Shown piece after piece: positions 1 to 10,701 of a DNA stretch of 64,000 nucleotides. Position numbers and translations under genes: made by a program. Position 1 is the first letter of the stretch; every line of letters begins with the position of its first letter. The DNA lies in contig CAXXYE010000001.1 of the NCBI GenBank assembly GCA_963674865.2, positions 128,001-192,000 of the forward strand, given 5' to 3'. This DNA is from Candidatus Hydrogenedentota bacterium (GTDB taxonomy: Bacteria; Hydrogenedentota; Hydrogenedentia; Hydrogenedentales; SLHB01). The notes beneath the pieces were generated by a model that saw only the letters and a list, made by a program, of their open reading frames with translations, searched no databases and was not told the origin of the DNA.

Positions 1-1
1 T

Positions 2-166
2 GACGTCACCCTGACGGTTGGGCAGGAAGCCAGCACGGCGCCTCTCAAGCGGATCATCACTGTCGACGATGATTTCGACCCCGATGCGCCGAATGCTTGG
101 GACCGGGACGAAGATGGCGTCCCCGACTTCGACGATTTGTTCCCGGATGATCCGGACCATTCGTAA
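2..166 (+). CDS. 3' end of upstream gene (partial), ending in a Ca-binding TSP3-like motif
   Basis: Open frame from the window edge: DVTLTVGQ...WDRDEDGVPDFDDLFPDDPDHS*, TAA at 164-166. Not in the ORF track. Confidence 0.7.
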   Translation, partial: DVTLTVGQEASTAPLKRIITVDDDFDPDAPNAWDRDEDGVPDFDDLFPDDPDHS

Positions 167-246
167 CAGATGAATGATGTGCGTAATTCGGGAGGATGTA
201 TCTGTGTCCTTCGCCGACAACGGCAGCGCACGCTGAGGGGTAGCTT

Positions 247-3200
247 ATGCTTCGCATGACATCTCATCTTTCCAAGGTTGGCCTCCTTATTGCTCTGGCA
301 ACCGCCCTGGGCTGTCCTTTCGCGGGCCCGTTCCTCCAGGTGTACCCGGCGGGCTTTGACTTCGGCGAGAGCCTGGTGACCGACACGTTCAGTGTTGCTA
401 ACGCCGGCCAGGCCATTCTCACATGGGTGATCGACGAAACGCCCGACTGGCTCACTGTCGAGCCCTCCTCGGGAACCGTCGAGGCGGGCGAAATGGACCT
501 TGTGACCATGACCGCCACCCGCACGGGGATAGACCCGGGCGTGTACTCCGGCCGCTTCACCGTGCGCTCTAACGACGGTGACCAGACCATACGCGTCAGC
601 ATGACTGTCTTGAGCCCGCCCTTGCTCCAATTGACCCCGACAACGCTGGACTTGGGTCTCGAGGAGACGAGCGGTGATTTCGCCGTCAGCAATGCCGGCA
701 ACTCCGCTCTTGACTGGTCCCTGGAAGTTACCGAGGGCATCACGTGGCTGGCCGCGACCCCCATTTCCGGCATAACCGACCCCGGCGAGGAGGAGACTGT
801 TCAAGTCTCTGTCGACCGCTCCGGCTTGGCCGCAGGTCTCCACGAGGGAACGATTACCGTAACATCCAACGGTGGTAGCGCCAACGTCAACGTGCGTGTG
901 CTTGTCTCGACGCTGTCCGTTTCACCCACCGCTTTCGACTTCGGCCTTGTGGACACGACAGACACCCTAACCCTTTCTAACCAAGGGGCTTCTGCTGTCA
1001 CGTGGACCATCGCGGTGCCGACAGCCGACGCAACATGGCTTAGCGTGAGTGCCACCACGGGCGCTCTGGACCCCGGCGAGGAGACCACCATCGACGTCGC
1101 CGTGGACCGCACGCCTCTAGGGCCCGGCAGTACAGAGGGAACCTTCACCGTATCGACGGATGTTGTCGATGTCCCCGTTACCGTGAACGTCTCCGTGGCC
1201 GCCCTCACCGCATCGCCCGAAGTGCTCGATCTCGGCGAGACGACCGAGAGCGGCACATTTACCCTCAGCAACGTTGGCGACGGCGCACTCTCCTGGGAGG
1301 CCTCCCTCGCAACGGGCGTCAATTGGCTTACACTGTCAACCCTGTCGGGCGATCTGGACGAAGGCGCCGACCAGGATGTGACTGTTACCGTTGATAGAGA
1401 CCTTCTCTCCTCAGGCGCCTACGAGACGCCCGTAACGGTTGATTCGACCGCCGGCACCGTGGTTGTAACGGTGAGGATGACTGTACCGGAGCGGGACCCG
1501 GGCCTTGCAGTACTTCCCCAAGTCATGAACTTCAGCATCAACCAGACGGATAAGCTCCTTGCTATCTGGAACGTAGGTACCGGCACCGTCACCTGGAGCA
1601 TCGACGACAGCGGCTTCCCATCGTGGCTGTCGCTCTCGCCGGCCTCGCCCTCAGGTGCCGTTGGCGGCGCGGCGACCGACTCCGTCCATGTCCTTGTTGA
1701 CCGCACCGGACTTGCTCCCGGTGATTACAGCTACGCCGCGCCGGGCATCGTCGTATCCTCAGACGCTGGCGAAGCGACCGTGGCTGTCTACATGACCGTG
1801 GCGGCCCTTCCTGTTCTCAGCATCGACACCGACGGCCGTTACACCTCGGACCCGGTACCGATTCCGTATGTCTTCGTCGAGGATAATGACGTCACCACGC
1901 AGTTCGCCGTAGAGAATGTCGGCACGGGAACCTTGAGCTGGAGTCTCGAAGATACGGACGCCTTCCCAGCCTGGCTCGAATCCGTCCTGCCGCAGTCCGG
2001 CTCTGTTGAGCCGGGCGCGACTAGTGTCGTGACGGTGACCATATCCAGGGACGACGAAGATGCGGGCGGTTATCAGCACGAACTCTCCATCACTTCCAAC
2101 GGCGGCGACGCTACCGTCCGTGTTGAGATGAACGTTCCCCAGCGGGCCACCATCGGCGTGAGTCCCGGGGAGATCAACTTCGGCCTGGACGGAGTCAGTA
2201 GTGAATTCTTCGTCGCCAATCTCGGCGATCCCGGCACGCGTCTCGATTTCATCGTTACCAGCGACAAGCCCTGGCTCTTCTTCTATCCCGAAACCGGCCA
2301 AAGCATCGGCACGGCCGCAGCCATCAAGGATTGGCAGCAGATCAACGTCTCCATAGATCGCGGCGGGCTTGAAGAAACCGGCGCCGTAGGCACGTTGACG
2401 GCTCACGCCTACGAACTCGATAGCGCCAATAACGTCGTCCTTCTAGACGATGTCATCGAACCGGCTACGGTAACGGTATCCGTCGAAGCGTCTAGCCTTA
2501 CCATCGAAACAGCCCGCGCAAGGACGCGGATCCCCTCCCTTGTCCGGTTCGTATTGCTCATGCGCAACCTCAAGTTCCAGTCCATGCCCCTGCCGTACGA
2601 ACTTCTCGACGACTATGCGCCGCTTTTCCGCATCTTCGAGGACGATCTTCTCATCGAAGCTGCGGAGACGAACCAATTCCTTACCAGTAGCGCTCACATT
2701 CGCCAGAATATTGCCATTCTTCTGGATTACTCAGGCAGCATGGACGCCGCAGCCGCAACGGCTGTGTCTGTCGAGTCGGGCCTCGACATATCGGGCGAGG
2801 CCGACCCCCTCCAGGCCCTTTATGAGTTGACCGTTACGCCTCTGATCACCGACCTCCTCGATTTCCTGCCCAATTGCCGCGTGGCGCTTATGGAGTTCCA
2901 TGACAGAAGCCAGGCTACCCGTGTTGTCTCTGGCGGCGATTTTACCGACGATGCGCCCACATTGATCGCCGCCCTGGAAGGACTCTCCGTGGAAGATCGC
3001 GGGGCCACTGAGTTGATCCCTGCCGTGGTCGAGGCAGCCGACCTGCTTGTCGCAGAGGATGCTCCGTTCCTTTCCTTCGACAACGCAGACGTCAAGATGG
3101 TCGTCTGCATTACTGATGGACGCATGACCACCCCGCCAGGCGACATTCAAGAAACCGGAACGTATCTCTATGATGCTGCCAATGTCCGCGTCATGTTCGT

Positions 3201-4926
3201 CGGATGGGGCAACGGGATTAACAACGAACCCCTCGCGCGCATAAGCTCCGACAGTGGCGGGCATTACTATCCCACGCTTCCCGGCGATGGCAACTTGCCT
3301 GTCGTCGATAACCTGTACGATTGGTGCGAAGCTGAAGACCTAGGCGTTGACCCCTGCGATCAATCTGTCGCCAGGGACCTTGAGTCCCAGGTTGTCTTGA
3401 GCTACGCCACGCTGAACGAGCAGGCGAGTACCGAAGTACGAATCAATGCGGCATTCGACGATCCCAATGACGACGACGCTACGTGCCTTGCCGACCAGGG
3501 CATTGTCGAAGGAAGCACCGATCAGACTATCGATTTCGACGTTCTGGTCGGCGATGTTCGCATGGGGCAGATTTCCATGCGCACCTCCGGCATTCTCGGC
3601 GACCAGGCCAGTGTGATAATCAGAGCCGAATACATGCCACGAAACATCAGCTCCTTCGAGTTCACCCTCGGCTCCGATCCCGCGCACGACTTCAGCGTCG
3701 CGATTGTCCCGCTCGAGGATGGCGGCCTTGTAGAAGGCTGGACCCTCGGCGGACCTGCGAGCGGCGCGGGTACCTACACGCTTACCGCGCCTGCCGGGGA
3801 AGTCCTTCGCTACGGCGCCTTCGGCGACCTTCTCGAAGTCACCTTCGCCACCGATACCCCATTCCGCTTCGGGCTAACCGTCAACAACGCCATTTACGCC
3901 GACAAGTACTTCATCTATCCCGACACGATACCTGTCGGCGCGGACGATTTCCTTGCCCCGGCCTTCCCAACGCCTCTCGTGACCCCCGAATCCATAGACT
4001 TCGGATCCGGTACGGCGGGCGATTTCTCAAGTGCGGCTACATTCACCATCCAGAACATCGGCGGCACATACGACTATCCGCCGGGCACTCCGACTGTTTA
4101 CTTGCACTGGAGCATCTCCAGTACCTCGGATTTCCTGACGGCCTCACCGCTTGAGGGCTACGTGATACAAGGCACGCTGGACTCCGACACGGTGACTGTC
4201 ACCCTTGACCGCTCGGCGGTCGACCCGGGAGCGCACATAGGCTTTGTCACGTTGACGTACGATGGCAACCTCCCGCTCACGGAAGGCTCTATCGTAGTCC
4301 CGGTTCTCCTGGACATCCTTGACCCGGACATGGCCATAAGTCCCACCACGCTCGACTTCGGCTATGACGAAACGTCCCTTAGTTTCGAGATTGCCAATAC
4401 CGGCCAGAGCAACTTCGATTGGGATATCACGAGCACCCCGGCCTTGCCGGACTGGATCACGTTGAGCGATACCTCGGGCAACGTTGCCGCCGACTCGCAA
4501 GACGTCACGGTGACGGTGGATCGAACCGACGCCGACCCGGGCGTATATGACTACGCCCTGGACGTGCAGGCCTATGACAGTTGGGGCGACGCCTTCGGCG
4601 CACCGATCACGGTTCAGGTGCACGTCGTTGTTCCGGGCCTTACGCTCTCGGAAGATGAGCTCGATTTTGGCGAGACGGATACCTCGCTTGTCGTGACACT
4701 TACCAACGTGGACGACGAGGAGGCTGACTGCACGGCCACGTGGTCGGCGTCATGGATTACCAGCGTCACGCCCGACAGCGGCATCCTCCTAGCGGGCGCG
4801 AGCGCACCGATTACTATTCAAGTTGATCGCACGGGGCTGGCCGCCGGAACCTACGAAGACACGATCAGCTTCTTGGTAAGCGGCGTGGTGAATGTAGAAC
4901 TCACCGTGGAGATGACCGTCCCCTAA
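247..4926 (+). CDS. Large surface lipoprotein with ~10 BACON/Ig-like repeats and a central vWA domain
   Basis: Lipobox-like ALGC. Repeated ~95-aa units (DFG..N.G...L.W....WL..P.SG..V.V.VDR): 7 before and 3 after a vWA domain with MIDAS residues DYSGS...T...TDG. Confidence 0.85.
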   Translation: MLRMTSHLSKVGLLIALATALGCPFAGPFLQVYPAGFDFGESLVTDTFSVANAGQAILTWVIDETPDWLTVEPSSGTVEAGEMDLVTMTATRTGIDPGVYSGRFTVRSNDGDQTIRVSMTVLSPPLLQLTPTTLDLGLEETSGDFAVSNAGNSALDWSLEVTEGITWLAATPISGITDPGEEETVQVSVDRSGLAAGLHEGTITVTSNGGSANVNVRVLVSTLSVSPTAFDFGLVDTTDTLTLSNQGASAVTWTIAVPTADATWLSVSATTGALDPGEETTIDVAVDRTPLGPGSTEGTFTVSTDVVDVPVTVNVSVAALTASPEVLDLGETTESGTFTLSNVGDGALSWEASLATGVNWLTLSTLSGDLDEGADQDVTVTVDRDLLSSGAYETPVTVDSTAGTVVVTVRMTVPERDPGLAVLPQVMNFSINQTDKLLAIWNVGTGTVTWSIDDSGFPSWLSLSPASPSGAVGGAATDSVHVLVDRTGLAPGDYSYAAPGIVVSSDAGEATVAVYMTVAALPVLSIDTDGRYTSDPVPIPYVFVEDNDVTTQFAVENVGTGTLSWSLEDTDAFPAWLESVLPQSGSVEPGATSVVTVTISRDDEDAGGYQHELSITSNGGDATVRVEMNVPQRATIGVSPGEINFGLDGVSSEFFVANLGDPGTRLDFIVTSDKPWLFFYPETGQSIGTAAAIKDWQQINVSIDRGGLEETGAVGTLTAHAYELDSANNVVLLDDVIEPATVTVSVEASSLTIETARARTRIPSLVRFVLLMRNLKFQSMPLPYELLDDYAPLFRIFEDDLLIEAAETNQFLTSSAHIRQNIAILLDYSGSMDAAAATAVSVESGLDISGEADPLQALYELTVTPLITDLLDFLPNCRVALMEFHDRSQATRVVSGGDFTDDAPTLIAALEGLSVEDRGATELIPAVVEAADLLVAEDAPFLSFDNADVKMVVCITDGRMTTPPGDIQETGTYLYDAANVRVMFVGWGNGINNEPLARISSDSGGHYYPTLPGDGNLPVVDNLYDWCEAEDLGVDPCDQSVARDLESQVVLSYATLNEQASTEVRINAAFDDPNDDDATCLADQGIVEGSTDQTIDFDVLVGDVRMGQISMRTSGILGDQASVIIRAEYMPRNISSFEFTLGSDPAHDFSVAIVPLEDGGLVEGWTLGGPASGAGTYTLTAPAGEVLRYGAFGDLLEVTFATDTPFRFGLTVNNAIYADKYFIYPDTIPVGADDFLAPAFPTPLVTPESIDFGSGTAGDFSSAATFTIQNIGGTYDYPPGTPTVYLHWSISSTSDFLTASPLEGYVIQGTLDSDTVTVTLDRSAVDPGAHIGFVTLTYDGNLPLTEGSIVVPVLLDILDPDMAISPTTLDFGYDETSLSFEIANTGQSNFDWDITSTPALPDWITLSDTSGNVAADSQDVTVTVDRTDADPGVYDYALDVQAYDSWGDAFGAPITVQVHVVVPGLTLSEDELDFGETDTSLVVTLTNVDDEEADCTATWSASWITSVTPDSGILLAGASAPITIQVDRTGLAAGTYEDTISFLVSGVVNVELTVEMTVP

Positions 4927-4949
4927 CAGAACCTCCCAGCGGTATGCTC

Positions 4950-4989
4950 AACCGGCCCCTTGGCAGGCTAGGCCAGGGGGCCGGTTTTT
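4950..4989 (+). terminator. Intrinsic terminator
   Basis: AACCGGCCCCTTGGC / GCCAGGGGGCCGGTT stem followed by a T-tract, just after the stop codon. Confidence 0.85.
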
Positions 4990-5092
4990 CTCTATCATGC
5001 TCTTTGCGCAAAGCTCTCCTTTTCACGAGGCCACGTGCCCCTCGGAACTCACGCGTTGGAAGTGGCATGTACGGCCTACGGCGGCCCTAGAC

Positions 5093-5235
5093 GGAAGAGT
5101 GGACTTTCACCAACCGTATGCTCGAAACGCTATTTGACCCTATCAATACGGGCCAGATTATGCTGTGGCTCACAGCTCTGCGCGGTAACGCTTTGTCACC
5201 TGGGGCCCGGCGGCCACAGCCGGTAGTCCACTTCC
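5093..5235. ncRNA. Candidate structured RNA (three-way junction), family unknown
   Basis: Closing stem GGAAG-AGTGGACT / AGTCCACTTCC; inner stems CCGTAT/ATACGG (5114-5151) and GCTGTGGC/GCCACAGC (5162-5220). Confidence 0.3.
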
Positions 5236-5333
5236 TCTTTTTCCTGCCATGGCCGGGAACTGAGTGGAGAGGTCGAAGGCGTCTTGCCGAGGAATGGCGC
5301 CCCATGATACTGCTTGCCTTGCCCGGCGAGAGC

Positions 5334-5362
5334 TAGATATTCGGTGTAAGGTGGAGTATAAT
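5334..5362 (+). promoter_or_regulatory. Putative sigma70 promoter of the ferredoxin gene
   Basis: TAGATA-17 bp-TATAAT. Confidence 0.5.
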
Positions 5363-5436
5363 CCGCCCGTTTGATAAACCGCCGCCACGCTTTGGGCGGC
5401 GATGGGACATAGGCTACGAAAGGAGATTGACTCGAA

Positions 5437-5607
5437 ATGGCTCACGTGATCAGCGATGACTGCACCATGTGCGGGGCGTGCAAAGAAGTATGTCCGTTTG
5501 ACGCGATAAGTGAGGGCGATCCCAAGTACGCGATCGATCCGGACACCTGCACCGACTGCGGGGCCTGTGTGCCCGAATGCCCTGTCGAGGCTATCAGCGA
5601 AGGTTAA
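5437..5607 (+). CDS. fdx: 2[4Fe-4S] clostridial-type ferredoxin (56 aa)
   Basis: MAHVISDDCTMCGACKEVCPFDAISEGDPKYAIDPDTCTDCGACVPECPVEAISEG; two CxxCxxCxxxCP motifs; AAGGAGA RBS. Below the ORF-track length cutoff. Confidence 0.95.
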   Translation: MAHVISDDCTMCGACKEVCPFDAISEGDPKYAIDPDTCTDCGACVPECPVEAISEG

Positions 5608-5655
5608 GATATCCCGCGAGCTGGGTAGTCCCTTCAGATTTGGGGCAGAACCAAC

Positions 5656-5696
5656 AAAAAAGAGGGATGCGCGCCAACGGTGCGCATCCCTCTCTT
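5656..5696. terminator. Terminator between convergent fdx and PFOR, likely bidirectional
   Basis: AGAGGGATGCGC / GCGCATCCCTCT stem with an A-tract on the left and TCTT on the right. Confidence 0.8.
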
Positions 5697-5712
5697 CGAA
5701 TGACGCTCGAGG

Positions 5713-8700
5713 CTATGCCTCGGGGGTATCCCCTTGGCACGGCTCCATTTGTGCCAACTTCGTATACAGGTCGAACTTCGCGGCCACGCGCCTATCACCC
5801 TCCGACATGTACTTCTTCACATTTTCGGGATTAGTCTTCTCAAGCGCCCGGAAGCGCTGCTCACCCATGGCGAAATCGCTGTACTTCATCTTCGGTGCCT
5901 TGCTGTCCAGCGTCAGTGGATTTTTACCTTGCTTCGCAAGGTCAGGGTTGAAACGGTAGAGCGGGAAATGCCCGGACTGTACTGCACGCTTCTGCTCCTC
6001 CATACCGCGCAGCATGGTGATGCCGTGGGCGATGCACGTCGAGTAGGCAATAATGATCGAGGGGCCATCGTAGGCCTCTGCCTCGACGAATGCCCTCACT
6101 GTCTGGATCGGATTGGCGCCCATCGCCACCGTCGCCACATAGATGTTGCCGTACGTCATCGAGATAAGGCCCAAGTCCTTCTTCATCTGAGGCTTGCCCG
6201 CCGCAGCGAACTTGGCCACCGCTCCCAGCGGCGTCGATTTCGACGCCTGGCCGCCGGTGTTTGAATAGACCTCCGTGTCGAGGACGAGTATGTTGATGTT
6301 GCGTCCCGAGGCCAGCACGTGGTCCAAGCCGCCATAGCCGATGTCGTATGCCCAACCGTCGCCGCCCAGACCCCACACGGACTTCTCAACAAGGTAGTCG
6401 GCCAGCGAAAGAAGTTGCTTGCCGGACTTCGTGTCGACGTCCGCAAGCCTGTGCTTCAACTCGCCTACGCGTTTCCGCTGCTCCTCGATGCCGCTCTGCG
6501 TTGACTGGTCGGCGTCACGGATCGCGATGAGAAGTTCCTTGTCCAGACTGCTCGAATCGGACTTCACCTCGTCCTCCAGGAGTTCGAGGGCCTGCTGGTT
6601 GAACTTGTCTACGGCGAGTCGCATTCCGAAAGCAAACTCGGCATTATCCTCGAACAGGGAGTTTGACCACGTCGGACCGCGGCCATCCTCGCGCTTCGTG
6701 TAAGGCGTCGTCGGCAAATTGCCGCCGTAGATCGACGAACACCCGGTGGCATTGGCGATCATGGCGCGATCACCGAAGAGCTGACTCAGCAGTTTCACAT
6801 ACGGCGTCTCGCCGCATCCGGCGCACGCACCTGAGAACTCGAACATGGCCCGCACGAACTGGCTGCCCTTGATGGTCGCCTTGTCGTACAACTTCGGATC
6901 CATGTCCGGAATGCTCATGAAGAAGTCGAAGTTTTCGGCTTCCTGCTCCCGAAGCGGGATCTGCGGCGTCATATTGATGGCCTTCCGGCCCGTTGCCTTC
7001 TTCTCCGCATCCCGCTCCTTGGCCGGGCACACTTCCACGCATACGCCGCAGCCCGTGCAGTCCTCCGGCGCAACCTGAACCGTATACTTCTTGCCCTGGA
7101 ACTCCTTGCCCTTGGCATCTATCGATTTGAAGGCGCTCGGAGCGTTCGACAGGTAAGAGTCCTCGTACACCTTCACGCGGATGGAGGCGTGTGGGCAAAC
7201 CAGCGAGCACATGCCGCACTGAAGGCAAAGCTCCGGCTCCCATGCCGGCACGTCCACCGCGATATTGCGCTTCTCGTACTTCGTTGTGCCCGTGGGCCAC
7301 GTGCCGTCCGCCGGCATCGCGCTCACCGGCACGGTATCGCCCTTCTGACTCATAATGCGGGCCGTCACATTCTTGACGAAGTCCGGCGCGTGAGCCGGCA
7401 CCGCAGGCGGCATCGTCATCTTGCCCGCCGGGCGATCCGGCACTTTGACCTCTTGCAGGCCGCCGACGGCGCCGTCAACGGCTCGGAAGTTCATCTGAAC
7501 GACCTCATCGCCCTTACGGCCATAGGTTTTCTTGATTGCGGCCTTCAGCTTCTCAATGGCCTGATCTGTCGGCAGGACACCGGAGATAGCGAAGAAGCAC
7601 GTCTGCATGATGGTGTTGATGCGCACGCCCAGGCCCAACTCCTTGGCGAGCTTGATGGCATCAATAACGTAGAACTTAATCTTCTTGGCGATGATCTGCT
7701 GCTCGATTTCATCGGGCATATGTTGCCAGATTTCGTCCGCGCCGTAAGGGCTGTTCAGCAAGAACACCGCCCCATCCTTCGCGCCTGCGAGCATGTCGTA
7801 CTTTTCGAGGAAGGAGAAGTTGTGGCAAGCCACGAAATCGGCCTTTGTGCAGAGGTACGGACTGCGGATCGGCTCCGGGCCGAAGCGAAGATGCGACACC
7901 GTGATGGCGCCGGCCTTCTTCGAGTCGTAGACAAAGTAGCCCTGCGCGTAATTATCCGTTTCCGTCCCGATGATCTTGATGGAGTTCTTGTTGGCGCCGA
8001 CGGTGCCGTCGGACCCGAGGCCATAAAACATGGCTTCGAACCGCCCCTTGCTCTCCACCTCGAACGTCGGCGTCTGGAGACTCGAGTGGGTGACGTCGTC
8101 GTTAATGCCTACCGTGAAATGGTTTTTCGGCTCGGCCTCGTCGAGATTGTCGAATACGGCCTTTACCATGGCCGGTGTGAACTCCTTCGAGCCCAAGCCG
8201 TACCGGCCACCGACTACCTTCGGATAGAAACCCGTTGTCATCCACTTGGCGCTCTGGGCTTCGCCAATCGCCGTGCGTATATCAATATAGATCGGCTCGC
8301 CGATCGCTCCCGGCTCCTTGGTGCGATCGAGTGTGGCGATGGCTTTCACCGAAGGCGGAAGCGCTGCGATGAATGCTTTCGTATCGAACGGGCGGAACAA
8401 GTGGATCTTGATCGCGCCGACCTTCTCGCCCTTGCTGCAAAGGTACTCGACCGTCTCGTGCACGGTTTCCGCGCCCGAGCCCATGATAATGATGACCTTC
8501 TCCGCGTCAGGCGCGCCCACATAGTCGAAGAGCCGGTACTGCCGCCCTGTAAGCTTCGCAAACTTGTCCATGTGCTTCTGAACAATCCGCGGCGCGTCGA
8601 GATAGTACTTGTTGACAGTCTCGCGGCCCTGGAAGAACACGTCCGGATTCTGCGATGTCCCCCGCAGCACGGGGGCGTCGGGCGTCATACCGCGCTTGCG

Positions 8701-9306
8701 GTGGGTGAAGACCAGCTCATCCGGAAGCATCTTCGCCATGACTTCGCGCTCGACCTCGTCAATCTTCTGTATTTCATGGGAGTTTCGGAACCCATCGAAG
8801 AAGTGGACGAAAGGCACACGTGATTCGAGACTGGCCGCCTGGGTGATCAGCGCCAAGTCCATGATTTCCTGAATGCTGCCCGAGGCCAACAGGCCGAAAC
8901 CCGTGCTGCGGGCTGCCATCACGTCCGAGTGATCACCGAAGATCGACAGGGCCTGGCACGCTACGGACCGCGCCGACACGTGGAACACGGTACTAGTCAG
9001 CTCACCGGAGATTTTGAACATGTTCGGGATCATCAGCAGAAGGCCCTGAGACGCCGTAAACGTCGTCGTCAAAGCACCCGAGGTAAGCGCCCCGTGGACC
9101 GCCCCGCTGGCCCCGCCTTCCGACTGAAGTTCCGAGACTACGGGGATCGTGCCCCAGATGTTCTTTACCCCCGCCGCGCTCAACTCGTCGGCGGTCTCGC
9201 CCATATTCGACGAGGGGGTGATGGGATAGATCGCGCAGATTTCATTGGTGGCATGAGCTACCGTTGCTGCGGCGGTGTTCCCGTCGATCATTACCTTCTT
9301 TGCCAT
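5713..9306 (-). CDS. nifJ: Pyruvate:ferredoxin (flavodoxin) oxidoreductase, single-chain
   Basis: YPITPS, QSEGGA, GLGSDGTVG, two CxxCxxCxxxCP motifs, ACAGCGE, TPP motif GGDGWAYDIG; 1197 aa. Confidence 0.97.
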   Translation of the reverse strand: MAKKVMIDGNTAAATVAHATNEICAIYPITPSSNMGETADELSAAGVKNIWGTIPVVSELQSEGGASGAVHGALTSGALTTTFTASQGLLLMIPNMFKISGELTSTVFHVSARSVACQALSIFGDHSDVMAARSTGFGLLASGSIQEIMDLALITQAASLESRVPFVHFFDGFRNSHEIQKIDEVEREVMAKMLPDELVFTHRKRGMTPDAPVLRGTSQNPDVFFQGRETVNKYYLDAPRIVQKHMDKFAKLTGRQYRLFDYVGAPDAEKVIIIMGSGAETVHETVEYLCSKGEKVGAIKIHLFRPFDTKAFIAALPPSVKAIATLDRTKEPGAIGEPIYIDIRTAIGEAQSAKWMTTGFYPKVVGGRYGLGSKEFTPAMVKAVFDNLDEAEPKNHFTVGINDDVTHSSLQTPTFEVESKGRFEAMFYGLGSDGTVGANKNSIKIIGTETDNYAQGYFVYDSKKAGAITVSHLRFGPEPIRSPYLCTKADFVACHNFSFLEKYDMLAGAKDGAVFLLNSPYGADEIWQHMPDEIEQQIIAKKIKFYVIDAIKLAKELGLGVRINTIMQTCFFAISGVLPTDQAIEKLKAAIKKTYGRKGDEVVQMNFRAVDGAVGGLQEVKVPDRPAGKMTMPPAVPAHAPDFVKNVTARIMSQKGDTVPVSAMPADGTWPTGTTKYEKRNIAVDVPAWEPELCLQCGMCSLVCPHASIRVKVYEDSYLSNAPSAFKSIDAKGKEFQGKKYTVQVAPEDCTGCGVCVEVCPAKERDAEKKATGRKAINMTPQIPLREQEAENFDFFMSIPDMDPKLYDKATIKGSQFVRAMFEFSGACAGCGETPYVKLLSQLFGDRAMIANATGCSSIYGGNLPTTPYTKREDGRGPTWSNSLFEDNAEFAFGMRLAVDKFNQQALELLEDEVKSDSSSLDKELLIAIRDADQSTQSGIEEQRKRVGELKHRLADVDTKSGKQLLSLADYLVEKSVWGLGGDGWAYDIGYGGLDHVLASGRNINILVLDTEVYSNTGGQASKSTPLGAVAKFAAAGKPQMKKDLGLISMTYGNIYVATVAMGANPIQTVRAFVEAEAYDGPSIIIAYSTCIAHGITMLRGMEEQKRAVQSGHFPLYRFNPDLAKQGKNPLTLDSKAPKMKYSDFAMGEQRFRALEKTNPENVKKYMSEGDRRVAAKFDLYTKLAQMEPCQGDTPEA

Positions 9307-9780
9307 AATGCGTGCTTCCTCTTGGTTTCTTGGTGCTGATTCCCGTTTGCTATCCCAGGCTGGCGCCTCTCTGGCCAGGGAATGGAGTTAGCTCAACGCC
9401 GCGCGGAGGCACGTGCACAAGCGCGCAAATATACCGCCGCGCAGACGCTCCGATATTGTACAGCCTAGTCACCGGCCAAGCAAGTTTACGCCGGAATTGC
9501 GTGAAGACCAGCTTGTGTCTGCGCGGGCAGCGCTGCATCGTTTGCATTTTCCTGCTGCACGCGCTAAACTTCTCCCGGCCGTCGCCGGGTATTCTCCCGA
9601 TATGGCGGCTCACGCGTACCACGACCCTCCAGGGCGTGGCCCCGATCTCCTTCTTCTTAGCGCAGGCTACTCCTGCGACACTGGAGAGGGTTCTCCTGCG
9701 CGGATGTGGTTCGCCTTGCCAATTTCCAAAGTGGGTTGGTAAGATTTCGGCCGACTGTCCTGAGGCTCAACAAGGACCGG

Positions 9781-10656
9781 GTGATTACTACGATGGGTAT
9801 GTTGGTGGCTGGCGGTGTCATGCTCGGACTAGGAGTGGTTCTCTCCACTGTGCTGGCCGTCGCTAACAAGAAACTGCATGTCTTCGAAGATCCTCGAATC
9901 GATGATATCGAGGATATGTTACCCCGAGCCAACTGCGGGGCGTGCGGCTTTGCAGGCTGCCGTGCATTTGCGGAGAAGCTTGTCGAAGGCGCCGCTAACC
10001 CCGCCCAGTGTTCAGCCAACTCCTCCGATATGACCGAGGCTATCGCCGCTCTCCTGGGCGTCACGGTCGAAGCGGGGGAGAAGCGCGTGGCCCGGCTCGC
10101 CTGCGCCGGAGGCGACAATGTGGCGCGCTCCCGTGCCATGTATATGGGACTTTCTTCATGCCGCGCCGCCGCTCAGGTTGGCGGAGGCGGGAAGGGCTGT
10201 CCCTGGGGATGTCTCGGTATGGGGGACTGCCGCGACGTTTGCCCCTTCGATGCCATCACGTTCGATGAGCACCGCCTGCCCGTTGTGGATGAGGCGAAAT
10301 GCACCGCCTGCGGCGCGTGTGTGGATATATGTCCCAAAGACCTCTTCGAGATCCACCCTATCAGTCATCGGCTATGGGTGGCGTGTAAGAACCGCGCCGC
10401 CGGTAAGGATGCACGCGCCGAATGTGATGTAGCCTGCATCGGCTGCGGCCTGTGCGCCAAGGACGCCGCCCCCGACCTCATCTCCATAGAGAGCAGCCTT
10501 GCCTGCGTGGATTACAGTAAGAATGATACGGCCTCGATCGATGCGATACAGCGCTGCCCGACAGGGGCCATCGTCTGGATAGACAGCGAGAAGGGCGCCA
10601 TGAAAGGCGCCAAAGCGAAGAAGATAGAGCGCGAAACGCCCTTGCCGGTGGGCTGA
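9781..10656 (+). CDS. rnfB: Rnf complex subunit B
   Basis: N-terminal TM, LPRANCGACGFAGC, several ferredoxin motifs. GTG start chosen after AAGGA. Confidence 0.93.
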   Translation: MITTMGMLVAGGVMLGLGVVLSTVLAVANKKLHVFEDPRIDDIEDMLPRANCGACGFAGCRAFAEKLVEGAANPAQCSANSSDMTEAIAALLGVTVEAGEKRVARLACAGGDNVARSRAMYMGLSSCRAAAQVGGGGKGCPWGCLGMGDCRDVCPFDAITFDEHRLPVVDEAKCTACGACVDICPKDLFEIHPISHRLWVACKNRAAGKDARAECDVACIGCGLCAKDAAPDLISIESSLACVDYSKNDTASIDAIQRCPTGAIVWIDSEKGAMKGAKAKKIERETPLPVG

Positions 10657-10701
10657 CGCACCACCGAGCACAGTAAGCGCAACTCCCGCCGTTCTGCGGC
10701 G

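Noticed and set aside
7189..8823. Long antisense or alternate-frame ORFs (e.g. 544 aa here, 18988-20244, 20313-21578, 47850-49166)
   Set aside because: They overlap well-supported genes, show no motifs, and are expected shadows in high-GC DNA.
9307..9780. Rex operator between PFOR and rnf
   Set aside because: No convincing TTGTGAA-N4-TTCACAA match found by eye.
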